A program made the position numbers and the translations under genes. Under the pieces are notes generated by a model. The model was given only the letters and a program-made list of their open reading frames with translations. It was not told the origin of the DNA and did no database searches. Of a DNA stretch of 64,000 nucleotides, positions 29,101-37,599 are shown piece by piece (position 1 is the first letter of the stretch; every line of letters begins with the position of its first letter). Location: positions 1 through 64,000 of IMG/VR virus record IMGVR_UViG_3300027770_000050; one strand, given 5' to 3'. Source of the DNA: a virus.

Positions 29101-31928
29101 CTTACAGTATCAAGAGTTGTATTTGCTTCAAGAGTGTGTTGGATTGGAGCAATTTTAGGAAACTTACTTAAGTTTAAGAAATCAGAAGAAAGTCTTATTT
29201 CACTATCTAATGTATATGTTTCGGAACCTGCATTAAGTACAGTTTCAAGATCTTCAGAGATATATGAAGTTCCAGTCAAACCTGCTCTTACTCCAACTTC
29301 TGCTTGCATATAAGTTCTGTCATAGCTGAAAGTTGAACCAGCTGCGACATATCCATAATTGATATTGACTAAAGTTGGTCTTTCGTAAGGAGAAGCTAAA
29401 GTTTTATAATCTGAATTTGATGCGAATTTTGTGTTGAAATAAAAATCTTCATGCTGAGCGAAGTAAACACTTCCAATGTTCGTGTATACAGGTCTATATA
29501 TACCATTCTTGACATGTGTGGATGCAGCACCTGACCCAATAAATACTAAAATACTTTCATTTGATTGTAATGTACTTGTGCCACTGCCAGTTTTAGATCT
29601 TACAAGACTTGATACAGCTGTTCCAGCTGTTGTTGGAAATCCTGAATCTGTAGCTGAATAATAGATTGCTCTTACATTATATTTTTGAAAATCTTGTTCT
29701 TTCCAATCAATATCAATTTCTTGAATGAATGATGAAGATTTGCCATCTATGCCAAAGAAATTTTCATAGTTTGCTGTTGATGAGAATGAAATTTCTGGAA
29801 CAAAAATTTCACCATAGTGAGTAGCTGCAATTGAACTTGCTTGATAAACACCTGATAATTGTTTCTTTAAATTAGGAGAAACATAGTAAGTTCCATCTGT
29901 ATTAGTTGTAAGAACATTTGTTAAAATATCTTTTGACCAGTTGACTAATCCATCTGCAAAATCAAATACTCTTTTTGATGAGCTTCCAATAGATGATACT
30001 GCGTATATTCCATTGTTGAGTTGATTTGAGGAGTTGACTAGAACTGTCATTCCTATACTGACAGGAACATCAAAATCTCCAGGCATAATATAACTACCCG
30101 TAGAATTTCCCGTAGACGCTTTGCAGATTACAGTAGGAGCAGATGTGATATTTACAAATGTTACTCCTATAGATCCAGCAGAAGTGTTTGACCCTAATGC
30201 ATACAAGAAATATGAAGTACCAGCACCAACAGATCCATTAGAGACAGTTATTAATGCTCCTCTTTCAATACTGTAAGTGCTTGAAAATTCAAGACCTTTT
30301 ATAGTTTCACAAAGAGCTGAAACACTGTAAATGCCATTTTGTGATGGATATGTTGTTTGTCCGGAAACTAAAATTCTTTGCGAAACTCCAATTCCTGGAT
30401 CTGCAAAAATTGTTGAATTAACTTTTGCAAAGTCAGCAATATTTGATGTTATTATATTGGAGACTGGTTCATATGTGTAAGGATAAAATCTTTCCTGAAC
30501 TGCAATGCCATCATAGTTGATAGAAAAACTGTTAGAATAAGTAGTGTTTTTACCAAGATAAAAAATATTTCCACCAATAGAGTTGGTATAGTTAGCAACT
30601 TTTATTACAGTTTGAGAAATCTCATTTGATTGATCATAAGAAGTAGATCTAGTCCACAGGTTTGATGATCCTACGGACGTGACACTGTAAATACCGCTTG
30701 CAGCATTATTGTAATGTTTTACTAAAAGTGTATTACCAACTGTAAGAGCTGCAGTACTGCCGCTTCCAGTAGACACTATGGAAGTTGTTTGAGCAAGCAC
30801 TCCCAAGCTATTTCTAAATACTGATGTTGAACCAGAGGATACTTCGTAATAATAATCTACATTTGCACGAGAGTAATTGTAAGTAGCATTTGACCATTTC
30901 AACACAGAAGTTGAAGCAGTTCCCCCCGTAAGTCCTGAACCTGAATAAAATCTAAAGTATGCTCCGCTATATGCAACTCCTGCTGTCAACACTTGTATAT
31001 TGACATAATTATTTGCGTTGATATAACTTACAGCATTATCCCAAAAATCATCTGCAGCAACAGTGCTGCTATATGGATTGTATATAGTTGAACCATTAGC
31101 TTTATATAAGCTATTTACGCTATAAATTCCATTTTGTATTTTATTAGTTTGATCTTTAACTAAAATTCTGTCATTTAGTGCAAGAGTACGATTATCTATA
31201 GTGGCTGTTAAGCTTGATAATCCAGTTGCTGAAGATCCTAAATTTGTAGTTGTAGCAGCTTGTACGTCTGTAAGCTGATATATATTGTTTCTGCTAACAA
31301 ATAGTACTGATGTAGTTCCGTAAGCTGCTGATTGAAATGGACTTAGATATTGGCTGTAGGTAACCCATGATGAGCTTCCTACAGCTACAATCCTACCTGC
31401 TGTAAGAATATCTTCAGCATTATTAACCGTAATAGTTCCATATCCTGCAGACGAAAGAACTTTATACAATCCATTTTCTTTAGCATCTGTCTGATTTTTT
31501 ACTAGAACAATTTTATTATTGTTCATTTGCAAACCATCAACATATTTGGCTGTAGTTAATCTTGTAACTCCAGCCAATGATGCGCTCGATAAATTTGTAG
31601 TTGTTGCTACGTCTGCGTTAGGAAGATCTGTTACTGTAAATGAGTCAAAAATAGTAAATCTTATGTCAAAACCTAAGTCTTGCAAAAGTTTTACTCCGCT
31701 TGTATTTTTAATTTGTGGATAATTCTGATCAGTGTAAATATCAGCAAATTCGTTTTCTATCCAAATTTTGACATCTTCTACACTAGAGTTTATCCACTTT
31801 AGTCTAAATAATTTTTTGTTCCAAGTTCCAGAAACATTTGTACCAAACCCAACACTAGACACTTCTCTATATGTTTCTAAACTTGGAGTTGAGGAATTTA
31901 TTTCAGACCAAATAAAAGCGTGTGACAT
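26109..31928 (-). CDS. Giant repetitive virion protein with about 10 copies of a tail-associated module
   Basis: Repeated (A)ATT.N.....(I/L)DG..L...D(R/K)(V/I)L(L/V)K(D/N)Q....NGIY.V......W.R..D; 1939 aa; S/T/N/G-rich. Confidence 0.75.
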   Translation of the reverse strand: MSHAFIWSEINSSTPSLETYREVSSVGFGTNVSGTWNKKLFRLKWINSSVEDVKIWIENEFADIYTDQNYPQIKNTSGVKLLQDLGFDIRFTIFDSFTVTDLPNADVATTTNLSSASLAGVTRLTTAKYVDGLQMNNNKIVLVKNQTDAKENGLYKVLSSAGYGTITVNNAEDILTAGRIVAVGSSSWVTYSQYLSPFQSAAYGTTSVLFVSRNNIYQLTDVQAATTTNLGSSATGLSSLTATIDNRTLALNDRILVKDQTNKIQNGIYSVNSLYKANGSTIYNPYSSTVAADDFWDNAVSYINANNYVNIQVLTAGVAYSGAYFRFYSGSGLTGGTASTSVLKWSNATYNYSRANVDYYYEVSSGSTSVFRNSLGVLAQTTSIVSTGSGSTAALTVGNTLLVKHYNNAASGIYSVTSVGSSNLWTRSTSYDQSNEISQTVIKVANYTNSIGGNIFYLGKNTTYSNSFSINYDGIAVQERFYPYTYEPVSNIITSNIADFAKVNSTIFADPGIGVSQRILVSGQTTYPSQNGIYSVSALCETIKGLEFSSTYSIERGALITVSNGSVGAGTSYFLYALGSNTSAGSIGVTFVNITSAPTVICKASTGNSTGSYIMPGDFDVPVSIGMTVLVNSSNQLNNGIYAVSSIGSSSKRVFDFADGLVNWSKDILTNVLTTNTDGTYYVSPNLKKQLSGVYQASSIAATHYGEIFVPEISFSSTANYENFFGIDGKSSSFIQEIDIDWKEQDFQKYNVRAIYYSATDSGFPTTAGTAVSSLVRSKTGSGTSTLQSNESILVFIGSGAASTHVKNGIYRPVYTNIGSVYFAQHEDFYFNTKFASNSDYKTLASPYERPTLVNINYGYVAAGSTFSYDRTYMQAEVGVRAGLTGTSYISEDLETVLNAGSETYTLDSEIRLSSDFLNLSKFPKIAPIQHTLEANTTLDTVSNDIVIVKRNGTQLFSTVSGDLNNYYYALGDRVFYYSANEDLYNNTVRKSTSGVYQIVHIDNNFNYYLRKVKYNSVNGYLDFTKRLVGYSATGSTIYLARPETPTTRFTWDKKQYPDALADVYVVSTGGTIVSRTLNTNFTIDAKNGLLSISGTGWTGTLYMYLYTDTSVPKYNEDPKQLFNRYYYLPQALTYRSNLLTTTAKLSANLVEDGAYFQIVNSAGTSTTTEKKYNRDRSSWIKSYSANKNYSSHIHNIFESSSNTEYFFTQRLSSDGYYVKSGSGNTSKFTDVAADPVTRNTLGIYTGSLYLQKITNSGTAATLDNTWYSGIAFSTDSNVLVLTNKPTTSYADKIIDSGYQSSYYSDKNSLVVHDKTGKKDQKIYKFVRSEYATVGLAGTSVFAGNNFSAVYASVQNSAGYGTFCLYFDPTSSFKSTSSRSWIDISTRTIYNTSVGSTGNIPDPNNISYQGVLTPFTYIPEGSGIASTAIIDSYTVQFGDKILLKNQTDTTKNGIYTAVQNYTWTIERAPDLNATNELYELGRVSYDNRIFELNIPEDSSAYNLGSSALNTPLFWKQLGSEFTIDVVGVSTANYSGFTSIPDIINGIGVTDGDKVLFLGQTSEAERYVARVKQVSQPNLIRVGTGSSTTQFSIASLFVKDANTNKFYETYFNPSTATVGTHNVEFFQQNYLTNYTLCSFASTQNQALGLAVNISNVQIGDRVLLKDQTNNKQNGIYFVDESALFYLTRHSDLILDNQISLTKKVNVLGGNTSSGYYGLIYDETISSPGIGVTPIYFAKVNNNSFLSDVVAASTANIILTNPPATLDGVTLEKFDRVLLKDQSNKTQNGIYYVASIGSSNVWSRSTDLDTSVEVKPQITVRVSSGNTYSEDNFRIKLPLPAFLSNTVLTEYTLDTTNIDWVNTTTEAYDSSPETWQTLKAGYSNAINIGNAKLGIEQTSRSKIFGIAVKTPSVAILSANNITTNGQVRNLRFKSEYKTVKD

Positions 31929-31946
31929 TATTTATCAACCATTTAA

Positions 31947-33314
31947 TTAATTTCTTCTAGCTTCCGGTCTATTGAAAATTTCGCTTGCTACAGCAGCTAA
32001 TTCAGACCTTTCAACCTTACTTAATGTTACAGATGAAACAAGTTCACTTTTCTTTCCACCAGAAATTGCGTGAGAAAGACCATTAGATTTTGCATCAAGA
32101 TAAGGATTTTCGACCTGTGAAAGGTCGCCAAGGAGGATGACTTTACTGTCTTTTCCGCATCTTTCTACAACCATCCTTGCTTCTCTAGGTGAAATATTTT
32201 CAGCTTCATCAAGAATAATGACAGATCGTGGGATAGAACGTCCCTGAATAAAAGCCATAGCCTCTACTTCAATAATTCCATCTCTGCACATTTCTTCAAA
32301 CATATTATTAGCTGAAAGAGATTTTGATCCTAAGATTTGATCAATATTATCTTTGATTGGACCAAGCCAAGCAGAGATCTTATCAAATTTATCTCCAGGC
32401 AAAGCACCAATATCTTTACCGCCAACAGGAATCAAAGGCTTCATAACAACAATTTTGTCATAGATACCTTCATTGATCATTTGTAACGCAGCTGCCAAAG
32501 CTAAGAATGATTTACCTGTACCTGCTGGTCCAGAAAGAGTTACAAGAGGAATAGTTAGATCAGCAAGAATTTCTAAAGCACATTTTTGTTCTAAGTTTTT
32601 ACCTTGAACACCAGAGTATCCTTTAGTCTCTTTTGCGTTAGATTTTTCTTTAAGAACTTTCAAAATACCTCTCTTGTATAGAGTTGGGCAAATACTTTCT
32701 CCATATTGAAATAAAATAAATTCATTTGGATATATATCACCAAGTTTATTTACTGTATCTTCGGATAATTTTTTAAGTTCAATTTCGTTATCAGACCATA
32801 AATAGGTCCAGTCTGCTTGGCTTGTAAGTTCTAAATTTCTTAAGCCAGTATAAATTTCATCAGAAAGTTGATCAGATCTGTAATTTTCAGCTGCACATCC
32901 CCATGTGATAGCACGAATTCTCAATCCAGTATCTTTTGTAATAATTGCAACTTTTTTTCTTGGGTTTGCAGATTTAAGAGCTAAGCAGCATTCTATAATT
33001 GCGTTATCAGAGTGAACTTTGACAATATTTGGTCGTTCGTTTTTTTGTAAAGGAGACTCTGTATTGTAGACGAACAATCTTCCTCCGAGCTCATTGATCT
33101 TCACACCTTTGAGAAGATCTTGAAGTGAATAATGTTCTAAATTTCTAAATACTTGTCTGGCTGACCATCCAACATTTTCTTTTCTTGTCTTGATGTCGTC
33201 TAAATCATCGATGACTGCTAATGGTATGTAAATATCATTGTCACCGAATTTATATAGGGCAAGGGGATCGTGAAGTAAGACACAAGTGTCGATGATGTAA
33301 ATATGCTTTGCCAA
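31947..33314 (-). CDS. phoH: PIN-domain PhoH family ATPase (PhoH2/YlaK-like)
   Basis: N-terminal PIN (IIDTCVLLHD...DDLD...DN.I...TKD), GPAGTGKS, GRS, ILDEAEN and GDLSQ. TTG start with SD GAGGAG. Confidence 0.92.
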   Translation of the reverse strand: MAKHIYIIDTCVLLHDPLALYKFGDNDIYIPLAVIDDLDDIKTRKENVGWSARQVFRNLEHYSLQDLLKGVKINELGGRLFVYNTESPLQKNERPNIVKVHSDNAIIECCLALKSANPRKKVAIITKDTGLRIRAITWGCAAENYRSDQLSDEIYTGLRNLELTSQADWTYLWSDNEIELKKLSEDTVNKLGDIYPNEFILFQYGESICPTLYKRGILKVLKEKSNAKETKGYSGVQGKNLEQKCALEILADLTIPLVTLSGPAGTGKSFLALAAALQMINEGIYDKIVVMKPLIPVGGKDIGALPGDKFDKISAWLGPIKDNIDQILGSKSLSANNMFEEMCRDGIIEVEAMAFIQGRSIPRSVIILDEAENISPREARMVVERCGKDSKVILLGDLSQVENPYLDAKSNGLSHAISGGKKSELVSSVTLSKVERSELAAVASEIFNRPEARRN

Positions 33315-33360
33315 ATTATTGGTCTCCTCGCATTTTTGTTGATATTATAATCACAGTATT

Positions 33361-33388
33361 CTTTTCTTTTTTATGCTTGGTGAGCCCT
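33361..33388 (-). promoter_or_regulatory. Putative phage promoter AGG-N19-GAAAAG
   Basis: Minus strand TAGG-gctcaccaagcataaaaaa-GAAAAG upstream of phoH. Confidence 0.5.
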
Positions 33389-33389
33389 A

Positions 33390-34394
33390 CTAAAAAGGCA
33401 AGTCTGGTTTATCTGATACAGCTTTTATAATCTTATGTTTATCAATATTATCAATAAAATCAGCTGCATTTTCATTCATTGTGGTTTCAAATTTTCTAAT
33501 ATTAAAAATTTGGTCTAGTTGTGACTTGTCAAATTCTTTTAATTTATCTGTTTCCATCCACTTTGTTTCAGTCACATTTGCAAGATTTTTATTTAATTTA
33601 TTTAGTTTGCCGTCTTTAAAAAGTAAAAGATCTCCCGATAATAAACTGTCTAAATAACTATGCGCATTATCAAGATTAGTTGTTTCAAGAAGATTTTGAT
33701 CGTTATATAAAACTTTAGTAATGCTAGCATTGGTCAAGATATTTCCCGTAGGACTTAGTACTTGTGTATTATCTCTTACAAAACACAAACTAGCTTTTGG
33801 TATACAAATATAAATCTTAAATGGTAATGCATGTTCTACATCAGAACTATCTGACAATCTTAGAACTTCATTTTCATCATTTACTATTGATATTACAAGT
33901 TTTGATTTGTTATCTGTATTCTTGATTACAAAATCCCATTCATAGTTGTGCTCATTAGAAGTTGGATAAAATGCTGGTACTAAATTTAATTCTTCTTTTC
34001 TTTCACATAATTTCAAAAATAAACTAAATCCAATGCTATCTTCTGGAGTACCTTTGCGATATGTTCCTACTTTACTCCAATCAACATCAAAATCACTTTC
34101 TAAGCTTCCAATAGTAAATTCATCAAAGAAACCTTGATCATAAATTTTTTTTAGAATTGGATCTTCAAGTATTCTTCTAGCTCTAACAATATCCAAAAAC
34201 GCTTCATTAGACCCACCAAAATCAGGGTGACATTTTCTAGCTCTTTTTCTAAAAGCACTTTCTAGTATTTGAGAAGTCTTAACTCTCTCATCTCTAGATT
34301 TACCACTTGGCAAATCAAGTTTATCAATATCTAAAATCTCATAATAATTCTTATTGAAATCGATTATTTTCTTTGGATCAAATTCATTTGACAT
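33390..34394 (-). CDS. J-domain protein (type III DnaJ-like) with unknown C-terminal domain
   Basis: NYYEIL...AFRKRARKCHPDFGGSNEAF...ARRILEDP..KKIYD. Confidence 0.85.
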   Translation of the reverse strand: MSNEFDPKKIIDFNKNYYEILDIDKLDLPSGKSRDERVKTSQILESAFRKRARKCHPDFGGSNEAFLDIVRARRILEDPILKKIYDQGFFDEFTIGSLESDFDVDWSKVGTYRKGTPEDSIGFSLFLKLCERKEELNLVPAFYPTSNEHNYEWDFVIKNTDNKSKLVISIVNDENEVLRLSDSSDVEHALPFKIYICIPKASLCFVRDNTQVLSPTGNILTNASITKVLYNDQNLLETTNLDNAHSYLDSLLSGDLLLFKDGKLNKLNKNLANVTETKWMETDKLKEFDKSQLDQIFNIRKFETTMNENAADFIDNIDKHKIIKAVSDKPDLPF

Positions 34395-34422
34395 AAGAGT
34401 TTTATAAAGATTTAAAGAATAA
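34395..34422 (+). promoter_or_regulatory. Putative phage promoter AAG-N19-GAATAA
   Basis: AAG at 34395-34397 and GAAT at 34417-34420, 9 nt before the ATG of the first MWY gene. Confidence 0.55.
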
Positions 34423-34429
34423 AAATAAT

Positions 34430-34909
34430 ATGTGGTACAAATTTGCTCAGACTCATCCTTATATTGAAAAAGCTATAGATAGATTTAATCTAACAAAGGA
34501 TCCTAATAAAGCTGGATATGTATTATCTGACGGTAAGATGTTGGATTTTTCAGATGGTCATGATGTCAGAGACCTTACTCATGACAGTGTTTTTGAAGTC
34601 ATGCCTATAATGCCAGATATAGAAGATGGATATACAAATTTTCATAAACAATATGTTGTTCCATTTATGCAAAGCACTGATAGTATAAGAATTTCTAAAG
34701 ATGGAAATGACTTAAGCGTTGAAATACACACAATTCCATCTAAAGAACAAATAATCGCTATACAAAAAAGTATAAACAAAGGTGACAATTTCTTTTACGA
34801 AATACCTATGCTTCCAAATGATCCTGGTGGCGCAATATATGATACTAATCCATCATATATTGGAAAATGGTTGACAGATATCAAAAACGTCATGATTGGA
34901 AAAAAATAA
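34430..34909 (+). CDS. Hypothetical protein, MWY-tag family
   Basis: Starts MWYKFAQ; contains KAGYVLSDGKMLDFS. Confidence 0.75.
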   Translation: MWYKFAQTHPYIEKAIDRFNLTKDPNKAGYVLSDGKMLDFSDGHDVRDLTHDSVFEVMPIMPDIEDGYTNFHKQYVVPFMQSTDSIRISKDGNDLSVEIHTIPSKEQIIAIQKSINKGDNFFYEIPMLPNDPGGAIYDTNPSYIGKWLTDIKNVMIGKK

Positions 34910-34910
34910 C

Positions 34911-35381
34911 ATGTGGTACAAAACTGCTCTCAAGGGACATAAAACTTACTATGATTTCAATGATCTTAGTTATGAATTGAAACAAGTTTCTGACACTGAT
35001 GATAGTGATTGGAAGCATTCTGGAACAAGAATGAGAATAATATCATATGTCTTAAATGCATATGATTTAGAACATATGGATAAAGATAAACCAGTTGGGA
35101 AAATGCATTTAGACTTAGATTTCTATAGTTCTGGTAAAAAACAAATATATATCAAATTAGTCAGAACTGATGATTACCATGAAGGGATGGGTGTAGCTTC
35201 TAATCTTTATAAATGGCTTAAATATAATTATGAGAATTTTGATAAACCAGAATATTTAGTTAGTAATCCAATCAATCCAGCCGCAGAAAGAATTAGAGAA
35301 AAAATATTAGGAAAACCTCAAAGTTTGTATCCTATGCGTGAATATGATTTAGATTATTCTCAAGGAAAATTGGATATTTAA
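34911..35381 (+). CDS. MWY-tag protein with a possible GNAT-like fold
   Basis: In-frame ATG 34911 gives MWYKTA. YHEGMGVASNLY resembles the acetyl-CoA-binding loop of GNATs. Confidence 0.6.
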   Translation: MWYKTALKGHKTYYDFNDLSYELKQVSDTDDSDWKHSGTRMRIISYVLNAYDLEHMDKDKPVGKMHLDLDFYSSGKKQIYIKLVRTDDYHEGMGVASNLYKWLKYNYENFDKPEYLVSNPINPAAERIREKILGKPQSLYPMREYDLDYSQGKLDI

Positions 35382-35807
35382 ATGTGGTATCGAGAAGCAG
35401 TAACATATAATCTCCTTGGTCAACTCACCGAAGGTAATCCAAAGAAAAAGATTATTAAACAATTTGTTGATGATGAAATTGATGATCTCAATATTGAAGA
35501 TCAACAAGATGATCAAACTGAGGAACCCACTCAAGAAGCACCAGAGTTTACTCCAGTTCCTACTAATATTCCCCCAGCAACAGACACACCTGCTGGAGTT
35601 GCAAATAGAGAACCAATTCAAGTTCAACTACCAGCTAATTTTAAAGTTCCACCATTGCATGAATTTTGTCATTGTGAAATAAATACATTGCCTAGCGGAA
35701 GACAAATTTGGAAACTTGGCAATGGGGAAATGCACTGCTCAGAATGTGTTATGAATAGAGATTTGTTTAACAGATCAAATGAATTAGCTTACAGAAATAT
35801 TACGTAA
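35382..35807 (+). CDS. MWY-tag protein with a minor-head-protein-like Cys/His motif
   Basis: Starts MWYREA. PPLHEFCHC resembles the PPxHPNCRC motif of Mu gpF/SPP1 gp7-type proteins; also HCSEC. Confidence 0.6.
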   Translation: MWYREAVTYNLLGQLTEGNPKKKIIKQFVDDEIDDLNIEDQQDDQTEEPTQEAPEFTPVPTNIPPATDTPAGVANREPIQVQLPANFKVPPLHEFCHCEINTLPSGRQIWKLGNGEMHCSECVMNRDLFNRSNELAYRNIT

Positions 35808-36390
35808 GTATAGTATTTATTTTTATTGTGTAACCGTGCAAATCTACATCAATCTTCTTTTTCAAGATTTTATTGTTTGGTGATTTGACAACTGATAATG
35901 CTTTAAACATTCTTGTTTTTAGCAATATAGAAATATCAAGCTTATTTATTTCTTTCTTTATAAAATTCTTTATTTTTAAAAAATCACTTTCTGTATGCAA
36001 TAAATTATAAAAAATAGTTTCTTCAAATGTTTCAAATAAATCAGAATAAATTTTAGATTCTTCTCTTGATATACATTTGAACAATTCTAGCAACGTATAG
36101 TTTATGTAATTATATTTTTTTAAATTTATAAGACAAAAATCATCTATTTCTTCTATTTCAAATAAAAAGTCAAGAGAACCATAAATTTGATGAAGTTCCC
36201 CATCATTTGTAATTAAATAGAAAGCTATTATTCTAAAGCTTTCTATTACACAAACAATAGGCTGTCCAGATCTTAAATTAAATTTTTCAAGCACACTTAT
36301 ATTTTTTGGATTTTTAATTCCAAGTAAATGTATTTCTTTTTCAATACTCTGTTTTACATTTTGTCTACAGAATGTTATAAATGCATTCAT
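35800..36390 (-). CDS. Hypothetical protein (very AT-rich)
   Basis: 196-aa ORF with ATGA overlap with the upstream gene. Confidence 0.6.
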   Translation of the reverse strand: MNAFITFCRQNVKQSIEKEIHLLGIKNPKNISVLEKFNLRSGQPIVCVIESFRIIAFYLITNDGELHQIYGSLDFLFEIEEIDDFCLINLKKYNYINYTLLELFKCISREESKIYSDLFETFEETIFYNLLHTESDFLKIKNFIKKEINKLDISILLKTRMFKALSVVKSPNNKILKKKIDVDLHGYTIKINTILT

Positions 36391-36989
36391 AAAATTATTT
36401 GATCTACAATTGTTTGATTTATATACTTTTCAGATAATCCCCAAGTATTTTTCCAATAATCTATTATTTTATTTTTTCTTGAAATTAAAAAATTAGTTTC
36501 GTGAATTCTTTTTGGTATATTCGTATCTTTTATTAACTTTGTTTTTTCTAAACTTCTTGTTTTGTAGAGATTAAAAATTTTGTCTGTGAATTTTTCATCA
36601 TTTTCTTCAATATACTTAAATAAATAATCTTCACTGTATGGATTTGTTCTGACGTGATCATGCAACATCACACAATCTGGATAATAATTATCAATTACCG
36701 AATTAATATGATCTAAAATAGTATTCTTTTTGTTTTTTGGTAATAAAAAAATATCTATAGGTTTTAAGTTTATTTTTTTCAAGTTGGCTTCGTTTTGTTT
36801 TTTAAATACTAGATAATTAAGTTCGTGAGATTTAATTATTAAATCTTCTGAATCAAAACACTTACAAAAAATAAACCAAGGACAATCTTCGCATCCTAAT
36901 AAAAATGCTCTCAAACTGATTAATATTTCTATTTTATCAAGTTGAGAGCATTCAGTTATTTTTTTACTGATCTCAAGTATTGTGTTCAC
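36387..36989 (-). CDS. Hypothetical protein (very AT-rich)
   Basis: 200-aa ORF, GTG start, operon packing. Confidence 0.6.
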   Translation of the reverse strand: MNTILEISKKITECSQLDKIEILISLRAFLLGCEDCPWFIFCKCFDSEDLIIKSHELNYLVFKKQNEANLKKINLKPIDIFLLPKNKKNTILDHINSVIDNYYPDCVMLHDHVRTNPYSEDYLFKYIEENDEKFTDKIFNLYKTRSLEKTKLIKDTNIPKRIHETNFLISRKNKIIDYWKNTWGLSEKYINQTIVDQIIL

Positions 36990-36995
36990 TTCTCA

Positions 36996-37283
36996 TCATT
37001 TTTCTTTGAACATCTCGCTGACTTTCTTTTCAATTAATGGCATCAATTCTAAACCTGGTGCTGCATTTCTTACATTACCAAAAGTTTGATATTCTTCTAT
37101 TAGCATATCTCTAAATCTTGCGAGATATCTACTCACCATTATGTCAGTGGGATTGTATATACGCTTTTGTAAAAAAAGTTTCATCAAAATAACTTTTTTA
37201 GCATCTGACATTATGATTTTTTCTTCATAATCTGGAAAACTTTTGTCATCTTTATCTTTTCTATTTAAAGCTTGATACCACAT
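36996..37283 (-). CDS. Hypothetical protein, MWY-tag family
   Basis: Starts MWYQAL; 95 aa. Confidence 0.7.
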   Translation of the reverse strand: MWYQALNRKDKDDKSFPDYEEKIIMSDAKKVILMKLFLQKRIYNPTDIMVSRYLARFRDMLIEEYQTFGNVRNAAPGLELMPLIEKKVSEMFKEK

Positions 37284-37284
37284 A

Positions 37285-37518
37285 TTATTTTTCTATCTTC
37301 AAGTCTTGTACGTGAATTTCATTGTAGGCAAAAGCTACATTTTGGCTTGGAACGTTGAATAAACATATTGACATTTTCTCATCTTTGTAAATAGTATAGA
37401 AATCTTTATTTACAATAAGAACTCCTTCAATATGTCCAATTAAGGTATTTGGATTGTAAGTTTGAATCTTCCATTTTCCAAATCCTCTATTTTGTGAATT
37501 ATTATCAATAATTGCCAT
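37285..37518 (-). CDS. Hypothetical protein
   Basis: 77 aa; SD GGAGGAG. Confidence 0.7.
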   Translation of the reverse strand: MAIIDNNSQNRGFGKWKIQTYNPNTLIGHIEGVLIVNKDFYTIYKDEKMSICLFNVPSQNVAFAYNEIHVQDLKIEK

Positions 37519-37599
37519 ATCTCTCCTCCAGATATCTATAGTATTATTTTATTCGACACTTATTTCCTACCTAGATGTATAATAAAAATAGGTAAATAT

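Noticed and set aside
37519-37599. A(A/G)G-N19-GAA promoter upstream of 37518(-), and likewise upstream of 44056(-)
   Set aside because: The spacing does not fit (15 nt at 37518; no GAA at the expected position at 44056), so neither was counted as an instance.
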